DNA of 64,000 nt from Geopsychrobacteraceae bacterium (GTDB lineage: Bacteria > Desulfobacterota > Desulfuromonadia > Desulfuromonadales > Geopsychrobacteraceae): positions 1,888,001-1,952,000 of the forward strand of contig OY759353.1 of assembly GCA_963662315.1 (NCBI GenBank), given 5' to 3'. A model generated the notes under the pieces. That model worked only from the letters and a program-made list of their open reading frames with translations, was not told the DNA's origin and made no database searches. The first letter of the stretch is position 1. Each line of letters begins with the position of its first letter. The position numbers and the translations under genes were made by a program. This document shows positions 41,927 through 52,062 of this stretch, piece after piece.

Positions 41927-41949
41927 GTTTCAGCGGTCCGATTCCAGAT

Positions 41950-42032
41950 AAAAAAACCCTGGAGTCCAGGAGGGATAAGGACGTCCAGGGCAAAACAGGG
42001 AGCTGCCACGGCCCCCCGCAACATGGAGTCTT
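41950..42032 (-). ncRNA. Candidate ~80-nt sRNA with anti-SD loop
   Basis: TTGACG-N16-TACACT (42066-42039); hairpin ccctgga.gtcc/ggac.tccaggg plus U7 with loop UUAUCCCUCCU. Confidence 0.45.
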
Positions 42033-42123
42033 TTCTTAAGTGTACTATGCCGTTGCCGTTCGTCAAATCAAGCTGTCATTTTTTATGCAGCCACAGCGGC
42101 AAAAAGCAGTTTCCGGATAAAAA

Positions 42124-43338
42124 CTAGCGTAGGTTCTCTTCCGGATAGGCATTAATCTGGTGAACCGTCAGATCGGAACCGACAAATTCCTGATCCTGAT
42201 TTAACCGGAACCCGACAGTTTTATCGATCAGCAGGTAAACGACAAAGCTGGTCACAACCGCATAGACCACCGCAAGCAGACTGCCTGCAAGCTGAGCCAC
42301 GAAGGATACACCGCCAATGCCGCCCAAAGCAGAAGATCCGAAAATGCCGGCAGCAATACCACCCCAGGTACCAACGACACCATGCAGAGGCCAGACACCG
42401 AGAACATCATCAATCTTGAGTTTTTCCTGCTCAATCTGAAAACCATAGACAAAGAGCAAAGACCCGATACCACCAACAACAAAGGCTCCAATAGGGTGCA
42501 TGAGATCAGATCCGGCACAGACGGCGATCAGACCGGCCAGGGCACCATTGTGGACAAACCCCGGGTCGTTCCTGCTGGCAAACAGGGCAAACAGCACTCC
42601 GCCAACCATGGCCGCCAAAGAATTTACCGCTACCAGCCCAGAAATACCTTCCAGAGACTGGGCACTCATAACATTGAAGCCAAACCAGCCAACCGCCAGA
42701 ATCCAGCTACCCAAAGCCAGAAAAGGAATATTACTGATAGGAATAGCATTGCTCTTGTTACGCACATAGCGTCCCATGCGCGGCCCAAGAATCAGGACCG
42801 CAGGCAAGGCTAGCCAGCCCCCCAGAGAGTGAACCACGACACTGCCGGCAAAATCGTGAAACTGGGCACCGAAAGTCTGGGCGAAGAAACCTTGCAGGGC
42901 AGCACTGTTTTGCCCCCAGATGACTGACTCGAAAAGCGGATAGGAAAGTCCGGCGAAAACACCTCCGGCAAAGACCTGCGGCCAGAACTTGGCGCGCTCG
43001 GCAATACCACCAGAAATAATAGCAGGGATACAGGCCGCAAAGCACAGCAGGAAAAAGAAGCGGACCAGTTCGTAACCCTGGTTATCGCCCATAAGTCCTG
43101 CGGCAGAGGTGAAAAAGTGAACGCCATAGGAGATAGGATAACCTATGGCAAAATACACAACAGTGGAAACCGACCAGTCGGAAAGGATTTTTACGAAGGC
43201 ATTTACCTGGTTCTTTTCCCGAACGGTACCGACCTCAAGAAAGGCAAAGCCCGCATGCATAGCAAAAACCATAACGGCTCCAAGCAATAAAAAGAGCACA
43301 TCTCCGCCATGCCGTAGCGCTAAAAGCGACAGTTCCAT
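42124..43338 (-). CDS. amt: Ammonium transporter
   Basis: GFAFLEVG, DFAGSVVVH, GWFGFN, DDVLGVWPLHG; GAGGAGG RBS before ATG 43338. Confidence 0.93.
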   Translation of the reverse strand: MELSLLALRHGGDVLFLLLGAVMVFAMHAGFAFLEVGTVREKNQVNAFVKILSDWSVSTVVYFAIGYPISYGVHFFTSAAGLMGDNQGYELVRFFFLLCFAACIPAIISGGIAERAKFWPQVFAGGVFAGLSYPLFESVIWGQNSAALQGFFAQTFGAQFHDFAGSVVVHSLGGWLALPAVLILGPRMGRYVRNKSNAIPISNIPFLALGSWILAVGWFGFNVMSAQSLEGISGLVAVNSLAAMVGGVLFALFASRNDPGFVHNGALAGLIAVCAGSDLMHPIGAFVVGGIGSLLFVYGFQIEQEKLKIDDVLGVWPLHGVVGTWGGIAAGIFGSSALGGIGGVSFVAQLAGSLLAVVYAVVTSFVVYLLIDKTVGFRLNQDQEFVGSDLTVHQINAYPEENLR

Positions 43339-43413
43339 TGAATAGACCTCCTCGTCAATATTTCGTTCAACACCATTGTTGAAGCTGATTTTTTGCATAA
43401 ACTCGGTTGTGCA

Positions 43414-43519
43414 TTCAATAGTTATGCCGACTACTAAGTCTCTGCTTTTTCGGTAACTTTCACCCCACCGATATCAGCACTGCTCAATTTTTAAACACCT
43501 GTTGCCCACAATTAAGGCA
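43414..43519 (-). promoter_or_regulatory. Possible sigma54-like promoter and NtrC-like upstream sites for amt
   Basis: CGGCATAACTATTGAA (GG-N10-GA, imperfect); 17-bp TGCTCAATTTTTAAACA (43481) and TGCCCACAATTAAGGCA (43503). Confidence 0.4.
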
Positions 43520-43624
43520 AATCATTCTGTTTTATCCAGACGAAAAGCTCACCGCTACGGTTACGATGATTGACAAACCTTTCAAGAGTAAGCTAGAGTC
43601 TCGTGCATAAGAAAAAATGTAACG

Positions 43625-43820
43625 CGTCTTTATCAAGAGTGGTGGAGGGATAGGCCCGATGAAGCCACGGCAACCGGGGCCCTGACAGTAAATCAGTGCC
43701 GTCTGGTGCCAATTCCAGCCCTTGGGCAACATTGCCTTGGGACAGATGGGGACGGTGTCTGCGAGACTTATTGTATTATGACATCTCAAAGGCCCCTCTA
43801 TCTCGAGTGGGCCTTTTTTT
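43625..43820 (+). promoter_or_regulatory. SAM-I (S-box) riboswitch with terminator
   Basis: TTATCAAGAG..GGAGGGA..GGCCC..GAAGCC..GGCAACC..GGTGCCAATTCC..GATGGG; terminator aaaggccc..gggccttttttt; upstream of metX. Confidence 0.95.
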
Positions 43821-44019
43821 ATTTTTGCTCGGAAACGGTCTTTTTCCGCTATAGTGGCGTCAATCTGCGGCCTTGCCTGCGCGGCGTAAAACATTACGCC
43901 TTCGGGCAAACCTTGATATTCTGGCCACAAGAAAATTTGCCGCTTTCCAATCGGAAAACATCGTAGTTGCAATTTTGAGTTTCTGGATGGCAACAGTACT
44001 GACGATTTGAGGATGTCAC

Positions 44020-45138
44020 TTGGAACAGAGTGTTGGCCTGGTTAAAACTGAATATGTAAGCTTCGATACTGAGCTGCAGCTGGAAAGTGGGCGGTTATTG
44101 GGGCCAATCACCTTAGCTTACGAGACCTACGGCACTCTCAACGAAAGTAGATCCAATGCGATCCTGGCAACCCACGCCTGGACCGGGGATGCCCACGCGG
44201 CAGGCCTTCACAGTCAGGAAGAACGTAAACCCGGCTGGTGGGACAACATGATCGGCCCTGGCAAAGTCCTCGATACCGACCGCTATTTTATCATCTGCAG
44301 CAACACTATCGGCTCCTGCAAAGGATCAACCGGCCCGACCAGTATCAATCCGCGTACCGGCCGCCCCTACCGCCTGACCTTCCCGGTGATCATGATCCGC
44401 GATATGGTTCGCGCCCAAAAAATGCTCATCGACTATTTAAAGATTCCGTCATTACTGGCCGTCGTTGGCGGCTCAATGGGCGCCATGCAGGCTATTGAAT
44501 GGGGCATTCATTACCCCGAGATGGTCCGTTCCATTGTACCGATTGCCGGCACAGCGAAAACATCGCCTATGGCAATTTCTCTGAATGCATTGGCTCGGCG
44601 GGCTATTTTCAATGATCCGCTATGGAAAAAAGGGAACTATCCACTGGAACATCCTCCTGCAGACGGACTTGCTCTGGCTCGGGCCGTTGGTCATATTTCC
44701 TTTTTATCAGAACAATCGATGCAGCTGAAATTCGGCAGACGCTTCTCGGTGCGCGATGGCATGTTCGACTTTTTTGGAAAATTTGAAGTGGAGCGTTACC
44801 TCGACTACAACGGACAGAACTTTGTCGACCGCTTTGACACCAATTCATTCCTCTATCTGGCCAAAGCTCTCGATCTTTACGATATCGGCTGGAATTTTGA
44901 TTCGCGCAGTGAAGCTCTTGAGAGACTGGCATGCCCGTCGTTATGGTTTGCCTTCAGCTCGGACTGGCTGTACCTGCCAGCCCAGACAGAAGAAATCGTC
45001 ACGGAATTACAGCGCCAGAACAAAGCGGTTGAATACCATCTCATCGATTCCGACTATGGCCACGATTCGTTCCTGGTCGAGCCAGAGAAATTTATTCCCT
45101 ATCTGAGAGAATTCCTGAAAACTCAGTCCAGCCGTTAA
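44020..45138 (+). CDS. metX: Homoserine O-acetyltransferase
   Basis: [28 protein letters not shown]. Confidence 0.93.
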   Translation: MEQSVGLVKTEYVSFDTELQLESGRLLGPITLAYETYGTLNESRSNAILATHAWTGDAHAAGLHSQEERKPGWWDNMIGPGKVLDTDRYFIICSNTIGSCKGSTGPTSINPRTGRPYRLTFPVIMIRDMVRAQKMLIDYLKIPSLLAVVGGSMGAMQAIEWGIHYPEMVRSIVPIAGTAKTSPMAISLNALARRAIFNDPLWKKGNYPLEHPPADGLALARAVGHISFLSEQSMQLKFGRRFSVRDGMFDFFGKFEVERYLDYNGQNFVDRFDTNSFLYLAKALDLYDIGWNFDSRSEALERLACPSLWFAFSSDWLYLPAQTEEIVTELQRQNKAVEYHLIDSDYGHDSFLVEPEKFIPYLREFLKTQSSR

Positions 45139-45177
45139 TACCACAAATGATGTCCGCATAAATTTGGCAGCATCCAG

Positions 45178-45336
45178 TTAAAACAGATCCATCTGTTCAA
45201 ACTTGTGATTGTCGGATTTAAATGGGCGCGGCTGAAAGCGTGGACATTCAAGCATCACCATACTCACGGGTTGCTTACAGTGCCGGACACAACGTTTGCA
45301 GAGTTTATTGATTTCAGGGGGAGTGATTTCTTTCAT
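45178..45336 (-). CDS. 52-aa Cys-rich microprotein with C-terminal QMDLF
   Basis: Manual translation MKEITPPEINKLCKRCVRHCKQPVSMVMLECPRFQPRPFKSDNHKFEQMDLF*; GAGG RBS. Confidence 0.7.
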   Translation of the reverse strand: MKEITPPEINKLCKRCVRHCKQPVSMVMLECPRFQPRPFKSDNHKFEQMDLF

Positions 45337-45522
45337 AGATTTCCTCATTGCCACTCAGATTATCACCAACCCTGGTGTCCTGTCACGCCAGAAACTCTAC
45401 TGGTGCGCGGGCCGCCATGAAAGACCTTGGCACCATTCATTCCCCATCCGCGAGAATCGACTATTGTCTGTTACCAAGTCAAAATGCTAGATTAGCTGAA
45501 AACTACCACATCCTCTTCACCA

Positions 45523-46341
45523 ATGGCTCTGATCATGCAGCAGACTCTTAAAATAACGATTCTCGGCTCAGGGACCAGTACCGGTATTCCGGTGATCGGC
45601 TGCCAGTGCGCCGTATGTCGCTCATCGCATCCCTACAATCAACGTACGCGCTGCAGCCTGCTTATCAGCAGCGGACCATACAATATTCTGATCGATACCT
45701 CAACTGATCTTCGTCAGCAGGCATTACGGGAAGATATCCGCCATATTGACGCGGTATTCTACACCCATGGACATGCCGATCACCTGCACGGCATCGATGA
45801 TTTACGCGCCTTTAACATGACCATGGAAACGCCGATTCCGATTTATGCCGCGGAAGAAACGCTGGCCCACATCCGCCACAGTTTTGGCTATATTTTTGAA
45901 TACAAAGAACCCGCAACCTTTGTCCCTAAATTAAATCTGATCCCGATGCCAAAACAGATTGTGATCGGTGACATGAAAATGAAAGCCGTTCCATTGCAGC
46001 ACGGGTGCGGGAAGAGCACCGGCTATCGCTGTGGCCCGATAGCTTATCTGACCGATTGCAACGGTATTCCGGAATCATCGCTGACATTGTTACAGCATCT
46101 TGACCTGCTGATTCTCGACGGCCTGCGCTACAAACCGCACCAAACGCATTTCAATATTCCTCAGGCAATTGAAATGGCCCGGCGCATCGGTGCCAAGCGC
46201 ACCTTATTAACCCATTTAAGTCATGATATTGAGCACTTTCAGGTCAATGCTCAACTGCCTGGCGGCATTGAGCTCGCCCATGATGGTCAAACTCTCGAGT
46301 TTATACTGTCCTGCGAACCGATGGAGCCTGCCGAGACATGA
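45523..46341 (+). CDS. MBL-fold metallo-hydrolase (PhnP-like)
   Basis: LGSGTSTGIP..CQCAVC, THGHADHLHGIDD, YLTD, THLSH; start may be 45535. Confidence 0.9.
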   Translation: MALIMQQTLKITILGSGTSTGIPVIGCQCAVCRSSHPYNQRTRCSLLISSGPYNILIDTSTDLRQQALREDIRHIDAVFYTHGHADHLHGIDDLRAFNMTMETPIPIYAAEETLAHIRHSFGYIFEYKEPATFVPKLNLIPMPKQIVIGDMKMKAVPLQHGCGKSTGYRCGPIAYLTDCNGIPESSLTLLQHLDLLILDGLRYKPHQTHFNIPQAIEMARRIGAKRTLLTHLSHDIEHFQVNAQLPGGIELAHDGQTLEFILSCEPMEPAET

Positions 46342-48143
46342 GCCCGGAGCTGAGACTACACGGACAGATTAATGACTCTATCGAATATTTTGCGACAGCT
46401 TCCGGTTGTCACTCAGCACATCAGCATTTCTTTGAGCTCACGGAGACCAGTCTGCGCCTCTTTGCTCCCGGCAGTGAACTCCGTCTTACACCGGAAGGTA
46501 TTCGCCAGAAAGGAGTTGGGGGTAGTTTTTGTGAGTACATGTTCGGAGTCGACCAACCTCTTTCAGATCTGATCAAAAAACCGGTTCATAATCGCCTGAT
46601 ACTGCTTGGCGCCGCTTACAATAATAGCGGTCGTCTGCAACTGACCAGCAATACCAGTTATCGACAGAGCTATAGCGAGATCTTCCGCCAGGGGCACGCC
46701 ACCGACAATTTCTTTTTTTTCATTGATGGCCTGCGCCCCTCCGGTCTGATTGAACGCCAGCAACTGATCATTAAGCACCTTGGCAAACATCTTAAGCACC
46801 AGACAGGGCTAAACCTTCTCGACGATTCACAGCTGGCCGATCAGCTCAGACAACTGCTGCCTGCTGGCTGTGCCATGTTCCTGATCCGCCTGAGTCACAC
46901 CGGGGCCCGACATTTTCAAAAAGAGTATCAAAACGCCTATTACAGCAATAAGCAGATCAGTTCTTCTCGCCAGGCAATGCTCGATGAGCTGGCTGAAAAC
47001 CTGGGCCTTGATCAGTATCAGCAGGAGCGCATCAGTATTGATGTCATGTACCACCATCGCGACAATTACCGCATCATTGATGAATATAAAAACGTCCTGA
47101 TCGACTGCTTCCACCAGGGCGAAATCGATCGCCAGAGCTATGCCCGCCTGACCCGGCTGAAAACCCTGGCCCTGCGTGATGAAATCCCCCTTGACCTGTT
47201 GATCACCCTGGATGCGAAACTCCATCCGCAAATTGACCAGATCAATCGCGAACCCGAGTATACAGCGATTACCAGAGCCATCCTTCAGGATTTGAAGCAA
47301 CAGCAAGAACTGATAAAAAAAGACATGGTCCAATTGCTTTATGCCAAGCAGAAAGCCAGACGCCACCATGATATCGCCTTTGAACAGTTGCTGCTGGAAA
47401 CCGGGAAGCTGTTTGATGAAAGTATCCGGGATGGAGCACCACTTGCATTGCTCGAAGAGTTTTCGCGCATCATTACTTTTTTTGACCGCTACGATACCAC
47501 CTCAACCAATATCAGTCGCCTGGCCTTCATGGAAAACTTCCAGAGCTCGGTTGAATGGCTGGAAAACCTGGTGCAGAATCGCGCCGAATTCAATAAATTG
47601 GACAAAACGCTTTTCCACCAACTGTTCTTCGCGCCGCTGCTTGACAGCCCGTTTCTGACCCGCTACGGTCGCAGGAAGCTGCAGCGCCTCCGGAAAGGGT
47701 TGGAAGAAATCGCGGCGGGGGTCCTGACAGCCCAACATCTCAATGCGGAAATCAAGGTCATTGAACAGCAGGAAGCCATGTTTAAGCTGCTCTACACCGG
47801 AATCAGGGACCGGATCCGCAACCGCTACTTCCGCTATGACAGCAAAGAAGAGATTGACCTCATTTACGAGGATCTCAACCAGGATCTCAACCAGCGCGGC
47901 CAGGTCAAAAACAACATCGACATGACGCTCTTCCAGGAGGTCATTCATAGTATCAAAAAAGAAGTCTTTTACCTGCGTAACCTGCTACCTGAGATTATCA
48001 GCAACAACAACCATGCACTGCGCAAAGACTTTCTGACCAACAGCGGACTGGATGTCTTTCACATCGAAGATCTGGAGAACGAATACATCACCCAGAATGG
48101 TCTTGACCAGGAGTGCCTACAGCAACTCAGATCAGGACAATGA
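46338..48143 (+). CDS. Conserved deltaproteobacterial protein (TIGR04442-like)
   Basis: LRLHG..IEYFA..GGSFCEYMFGV..NRL N-terminus recognised from memory; ATGA overlap with the MBL gene. Confidence 0.65.
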   Translation: MSPELRLHGQINDSIEYFATASGCHSAHQHFFELTETSLRLFAPGSELRLTPEGIRQKGVGGSFCEYMFGVDQPLSDLIKKPVHNRLILLGAAYNNSGRLQLTSNTSYRQSYSEIFRQGHATDNFFFFIDGLRPSGLIERQQLIIKHLGKHLKHQTGLNLLDDSQLADQLRQLLPAGCAMFLIRLSHTGARHFQKEYQNAYYSNKQISSSRQAMLDELAENLGLDQYQQERISIDVMYHHRDNYRIIDEYKNVLIDCFHQGEIDRQSYARLTRLKTLALRDEIPLDLLITLDAKLHPQIDQINREPEYTAITRAILQDLKQQQELIKKDMVQLLYAKQKARRHHDIAFEQLLLETGKLFDESIRDGAPLALLEEFSRIITFFDRYDTTSTNISRLAFMENFQSSVEWLENLVQNRAEFNKLDKTLFHQLFFAPLLDSPFLTRYGRRKLQRLRKGLEEIAAGVLTAQHLNAEIKVIEQQEAMFKLLYTGIRDRIRNRYFRYDSKEEIDLIYEDLNQDLNQRGQVKNNIDMTLFQEVIHSIKKEVFYLRNLLPEIISNNNHALRKDFLTNSGLDVFHIEDLENEYITQNGLDQECLQQLRSGQ

Positions 48144-48161
48144 TCAGCAGCAGAGGCCATT

Positions 48162-50240
48162 ATGACAACCCCGGAACTGACGCACATCAGGAACTTCGGC
48201 ATTATTTCGCATATCGATGCCGGCAAGACGACGGTATCTGAACGCATTCTTTATTACACCGGCGAAATCCACAAAATGGGCGAGGTTCATGACGGCCTGG
48301 CCGTTATGGACTGGATGGAGCAGGAACAGCAACGTGGGATTACCATTACCGCCTCGGCAACCACCTGTCGCTGGAAGGATTATTTTTTCAATCTGATCGA
48401 CACCCCCGGACATATCGACTTCACGATTGAAGTCGAACGTTCTCTGCGCGCCCTGGACGGAGCCGTGGCAATTTTCAGTGCCGTCGAAGGCGTTCAGCCA
48501 CAAAGTGAATCAGTATGGCGTCAGGCAGAGCGCTACAAGGTGCCACGCATTTGCCTGATCAATAAAATGGACCGCATCGGCGCGGATCACCTCAAGGTTC
48601 TGACCTCGATTCAAGACAAACTCAACGTTCGCCCAATCCTGCTGCAATTACCTATTGGCAGCGAAGAAACATTTCAAGGTGTCATTGATCTACCCAGTGA
48701 AAGAGCGCTGTTTTTTGCCGAGGATGACCTGGGAAAAACCTGCAAAGAACATGACATTCCACCAGAGTACCAGGAGCAGTCCACCACTACGCGGGAGCAC
48801 CTCATCGAAGCTGCCGCTGACTTTGATGACGACATTCTCAGTGACTTTCTGGACGGCCAGCCCATTGCCAAAGACCGTCTGCTTAAAGCGTTAAGGCGCG
48901 GCGTTATTGCCTGCCAGATCTATCCAGTACTGCTCGGCTCGGCACTGCGCAACAAGGGGATTCAACCCGTGCTTGACATGATCTGTGAGCTGTTGCCCTC
49001 CCCCCTCGACATCCCGCCGGCACAGGCATGGACGAAAGAGCAGGCCCCCCGGGACATCATGCCCGACCCCAAGGGACCACTGTGCGCCCTGGCCTTCAAG
49101 GTTATTGCCGATGAAGGACGCAAGCTCACTTATCTGCGCCTTTATGCCGGGAGCCTCAAACCGGGAGACATTGTCTCCAACAGCAGAACTCAGGGCCAGG
49201 AAAAAGTGGCCCGGCTGTTCAGGATGCACGCTCATAAACGCGAACACATCGACCTGGCCAAAGCCGGGGATATTGTTGCGGCAACCGGGATAAAAGACGT
49301 GTTAACCGGCGACACGATCAGTAGTAGCGACACCTTGCTGCAGTTGGCCGGGCTCGAGTATCCTGAGCCAGTGGTATCCATTGCCGTCGAAGCAAAAACC
49401 GTCGATGACCGCGACAAACTGCCGTTGGCCCTGGAAAAACTGCAGTGGGAAGATCCGACTTTTCGGGTCACGGAAGATGAAGAGACCGGTCAAACGATTC
49501 TGACTGGCATGGGGGAGCTGCATCTCGAAGTTATCGTGCAACGCTTGTTGACCGATTTCGGCGTTGCCGTTGTCACCGGACGTCCTCAGGTCGTTTACCG
49601 TGAAACGATCCAGGAGACTGTCTCTCGACAAGAAATTTTCGAACGCGAAATTGATGGCAAACTGCACTACGGCGAAATTGAAATCGAAATCAGTCCGACC
49701 GAGCGTAAATCTGGACTGGAACTGATTATTCCGGAAGATATTCTCAGCAGCTGGTCACCGACCAGTGCTGAAATGATTAGAGGCAAGTTGGCCAGTGCCT
49801 GCCAGTCCGGCCCCCTGCTCGGCTACCCCCTGACTGACCTGAAGCTGGAACTGAAAGCCGCGCCCTATGACAGTAACAGAAGCACAGATTTGGGAATCTC
49901 CGCCGCCATAAGCCGCGCCATGCTGACAGCCTTAGCCGCGGGCAAACCAACCTTGCTTGAACCGGTCATGGCTCTGGAGCTGATCTCCCCTTCCGACTAT
50001 ACCGGCCGGGTCATAGGCACCCTGAATCAGAAACGAGGTCAGGTCGAAGGGATTGAATCGCGCCCCGGGCAGGATATTATCCGCGCCAATGTGCCCCTGA
50101 TGGAAATGTTCGGATATATGACAGAACTGCGCAGTGCGACAAAAGGACAGGGGGACTTTACCATGGAATTTTCCCACTTTGAACAGGCCCCACCTGAAAT
50201 TCTCACAAGCTTTGGCCTGAAGACTGGACGCAGAGGTTAA
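48162..50240 (+). CDS. fusA: Elongation factor G paralog (EF-G2-like)
   Basis: HIDAGKTT, RGITI, DTPGH, NKMD, GMGELHLE; divergent domain IV; outside the str operon. Confidence 0.88.
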   Translation: MTTPELTHIRNFGIISHIDAGKTTVSERILYYTGEIHKMGEVHDGLAVMDWMEQEQQRGITITASATTCRWKDYFFNLIDTPGHIDFTIEVERSLRALDGAVAIFSAVEGVQPQSESVWRQAERYKVPRICLINKMDRIGADHLKVLTSIQDKLNVRPILLQLPIGSEETFQGVIDLPSERALFFAEDDLGKTCKEHDIPPEYQEQSTTTREHLIEAAADFDDDILSDFLDGQPIAKDRLLKALRRGVIACQIYPVLLGSALRNKGIQPVLDMICELLPSPLDIPPAQAWTKEQAPRDIMPDPKGPLCALAFKVIADEGRKLTYLRLYAGSLKPGDIVSNSRTQGQEKVARLFRMHAHKREHIDLAKAGDIVAATGIKDVLTGDTISSSDTLLQLAGLEYPEPVVSIAVEAKTVDDRDKLPLALEKLQWEDPTFRVTEDEETGQTILTGMGELHLEVIVQRLLTDFGVAVVTGRPQVVYRETIQETVSRQEIFEREIDGKLHYGEIEIEISPTERKSGLELIIPEDILSSWSPTSAEMIRGKLASACQSGPLLGYPLTDLKLELKAAPYDSNRSTDLGISAAISRAMLTALAAGKPTLLEPVMALELISPSDYTGRVIGTLNQKRGQVEGIESRPGQDIIRANVPLMEMFGYMTELRSATKGQGDFTMEFSHFEQAPPEILTSFGLKTGRRG

Positions 50241-50587
50241 TGCCTCGATAATACTTCCGACCACATCGGTGGGCAAAAAAACACGTTCTCACGCTATTTG
50301 AATCTTCAGGACCAGAATCGGCATCTCTTCACAGACAAGCTCTATATAAGTGGTTGAATGGATGACAATTCCGCATTTGCGGTCTTGATCGTCAGGGCTC
50401 GGACGGGATTTCTTCCAGATTCTTGCCCTCGTTAATGTCTGAGACAAATCCAAAATAGAGAACACCTATTCTTTTCACCATACAAGCCCCAAGAAATTTC
50501 ATTACACTGTCGCCATCGTTATGCTCCCCCGCTCTTGAGCGTTGTAATAGGATGGTGCTTCAACTCTTCGTCCTTTTCGGACCAAGA

Positions 50588-51001
50588 TTAATCGCAATCG
50601 GTTTCCGGGTGCGGACACTCCTGCGGATCACCGGCACCGACACTCTCTCCCTTCAGCCCCAACCATTGATCAAGCTGATCGACTTCAAATCCGCAGACTT
50701 TCTTGTCACCAGACTGCATCAGGGGGCGCCTGATCAGCAACGGCTCTTTCACCATCAGTGCCAGCGCCTCTTCTTCACTCAGCGCGGAAGGAACAATGAC
50801 CCCGGCTTTAACATCCGGATTGGTCATATTGAACCATTCACTGACCGGTTTTGAATCGAAGAAGGGGCGTAACGATGCGACGCTCCATGGTTCGGCCAGC
50901 AGATTTTTAACCTCAAGCTGATGACCTGAATCTTCGAGAATCTGTTTTTGCCTGGCATTGCCAACACAACCCGGCTTTTCCCAAAACGTTATGGTTGCCA
51001 T
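50588..51001 (-). CDS. ArsC/Spx-family protein (nitrogenase-associated type)
   Basis: WEKPGCVGNARQK..EWFN..PLLIRRPLM. Confidence 0.8.
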   Translation of the reverse strand: MATITFWEKPGCVGNARQKQILEDSGHQLEVKNLLAEPWSVASLRPFFDSKPVSEWFNMTNPDVKAGVIVPSALSEEEALALMVKEPLLIRRPLMQSGDKKVCGFEVDQLDQWLGLKGESVGAGDPQECPHPETDCD

Positions 51002-51927
51002 ATCAATTCCTCTCTCTGCAGTACTGCAGCGACAAAAAAAGCTGACCGGACGATCCCGATCAGCTTCATTGCTCTATTAATTTTATAGTGGCCACACTTC
51101 AATGTGAGAAGCGGTATTCTTTCACAGTCTGTCTCCTACTGTCAAACATGCCCATGATCCCTGCCGGTTTTTTCCAGGTAATATTCATAATCCCCTTCGT
51201 AGGGAATCATCTGCCCATGATCGATTTCAAACACCCGGGTAACCAGGCTGCGCAGAAAATGGCGGTCGTGGCTGACCAGCAACAGGGTTCCGCTAAATTT
51301 CTGCAGGGCATCAAGCAGAACTTCCCGCGATTGGATATCAAGATGGTTGGTCGGTTCGTCCAGAATCAACAGGTTTAACGGGCGACCAAGCAAGGTCGCC
51401 AGAATCAGTCGGGCTTTCTCGCCACCGGAAAGTTTGTCAACCCGCTTTTCGACATCATCCCCCTGAAACAGAAACGCCGCACAGAGATTACGTAATACGC
51501 CAACAGTTGCCTGAGGCAAAGCGTCCTGCACGGTTTCAAAAACAGTCTTTTTCGGATCAAGCAGTTCCATGGAGTGCTGGCTGAAATAACCGCTAAACAC
51601 ATTGGCACCGACAACAGCGGTGCCGAAAGTTGGATCGACCTGTCCGATAATGGTTTTTAGAAAGGTTGATTTACCGGCGCCGTTGACACCGACCACCGCA
51701 ATTTTATCTCCACGCCGGACCATCCCGGAAATACCTGAAAAGACCGGCTTTTCACCGCCACCCTCAAGGGGCCAGTTTTTTTCCAGATCCGTAATGGCGA
51801 TAACATCGTCACCACTGCGTGGCGGTTCGGAAAATTCGAACTTGATCACCTTCTGCTCCGGCGGCAGTTCAATACGGTCGATCTTTTCCAGCTTTTTAAC
51901 CCGCGACTGGACCTGAGCGGCATGGGA
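50994..51927. repeat. Left copy of ~930-bp direct repeat (partner 61954-62885)
   Basis: Direct comparison: ABC-F 3' half, terminator and first bases of the arsC-like gene; scattered SNPs and indels. Confidence 0.95.
51142..51927 (-). pseudogene. 3' fragment of the ABC-F ATPase
   Basis: Matches the 62100-63734 protein from SHAAQVQSR onward; 5' half replaced by the 135-bp element. Confidence 0.9.
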
Positions 51928-52062
51928 TGTCAAGGTATGTGAGAATCTGACCATATCGTTTCGTTCTTCACCACAGAGCCTGAAGGTCTCACGAAATCGA
52001 GGGGGGCTCCCTTCAGGCTCTGCGGATCAGAGGGGATGACGCAGGCTTGCTTTTCCTGGGCA
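51928..52062. mobile_element. 135-bp IS-end/MITE-like element, copy 1
   Basis: TGTCAAGGTATGTGAGAATCTGACC terminus, internal long hairpin, CCTGGGCA end. Confidence 0.5.

Noticed and set aside
41958..42030. GGA-rich plus strand suggesting a CsrB/RsmY-like RNA
   Set aside because: Promoter and U-tail point to the minus strand; the GGAs are the complement of the C-rich loops
50241..50587. 350-bp intergenic region as a possible gene or RNA
   Set aside because: No convincing ORF, RBS-start pair or recognisable structure found
51098..51135. AGGAG-preceded 8-codon ORF after ABC-F, present in both repeat copies
   Set aside because: Too short; conservation is explained by the duplication
51142..51954. 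ORF-track 270-aa ABC protein as an independent gene
   Set aside because: Start codon comes from the 135-bp element; it is a duplicated fragment
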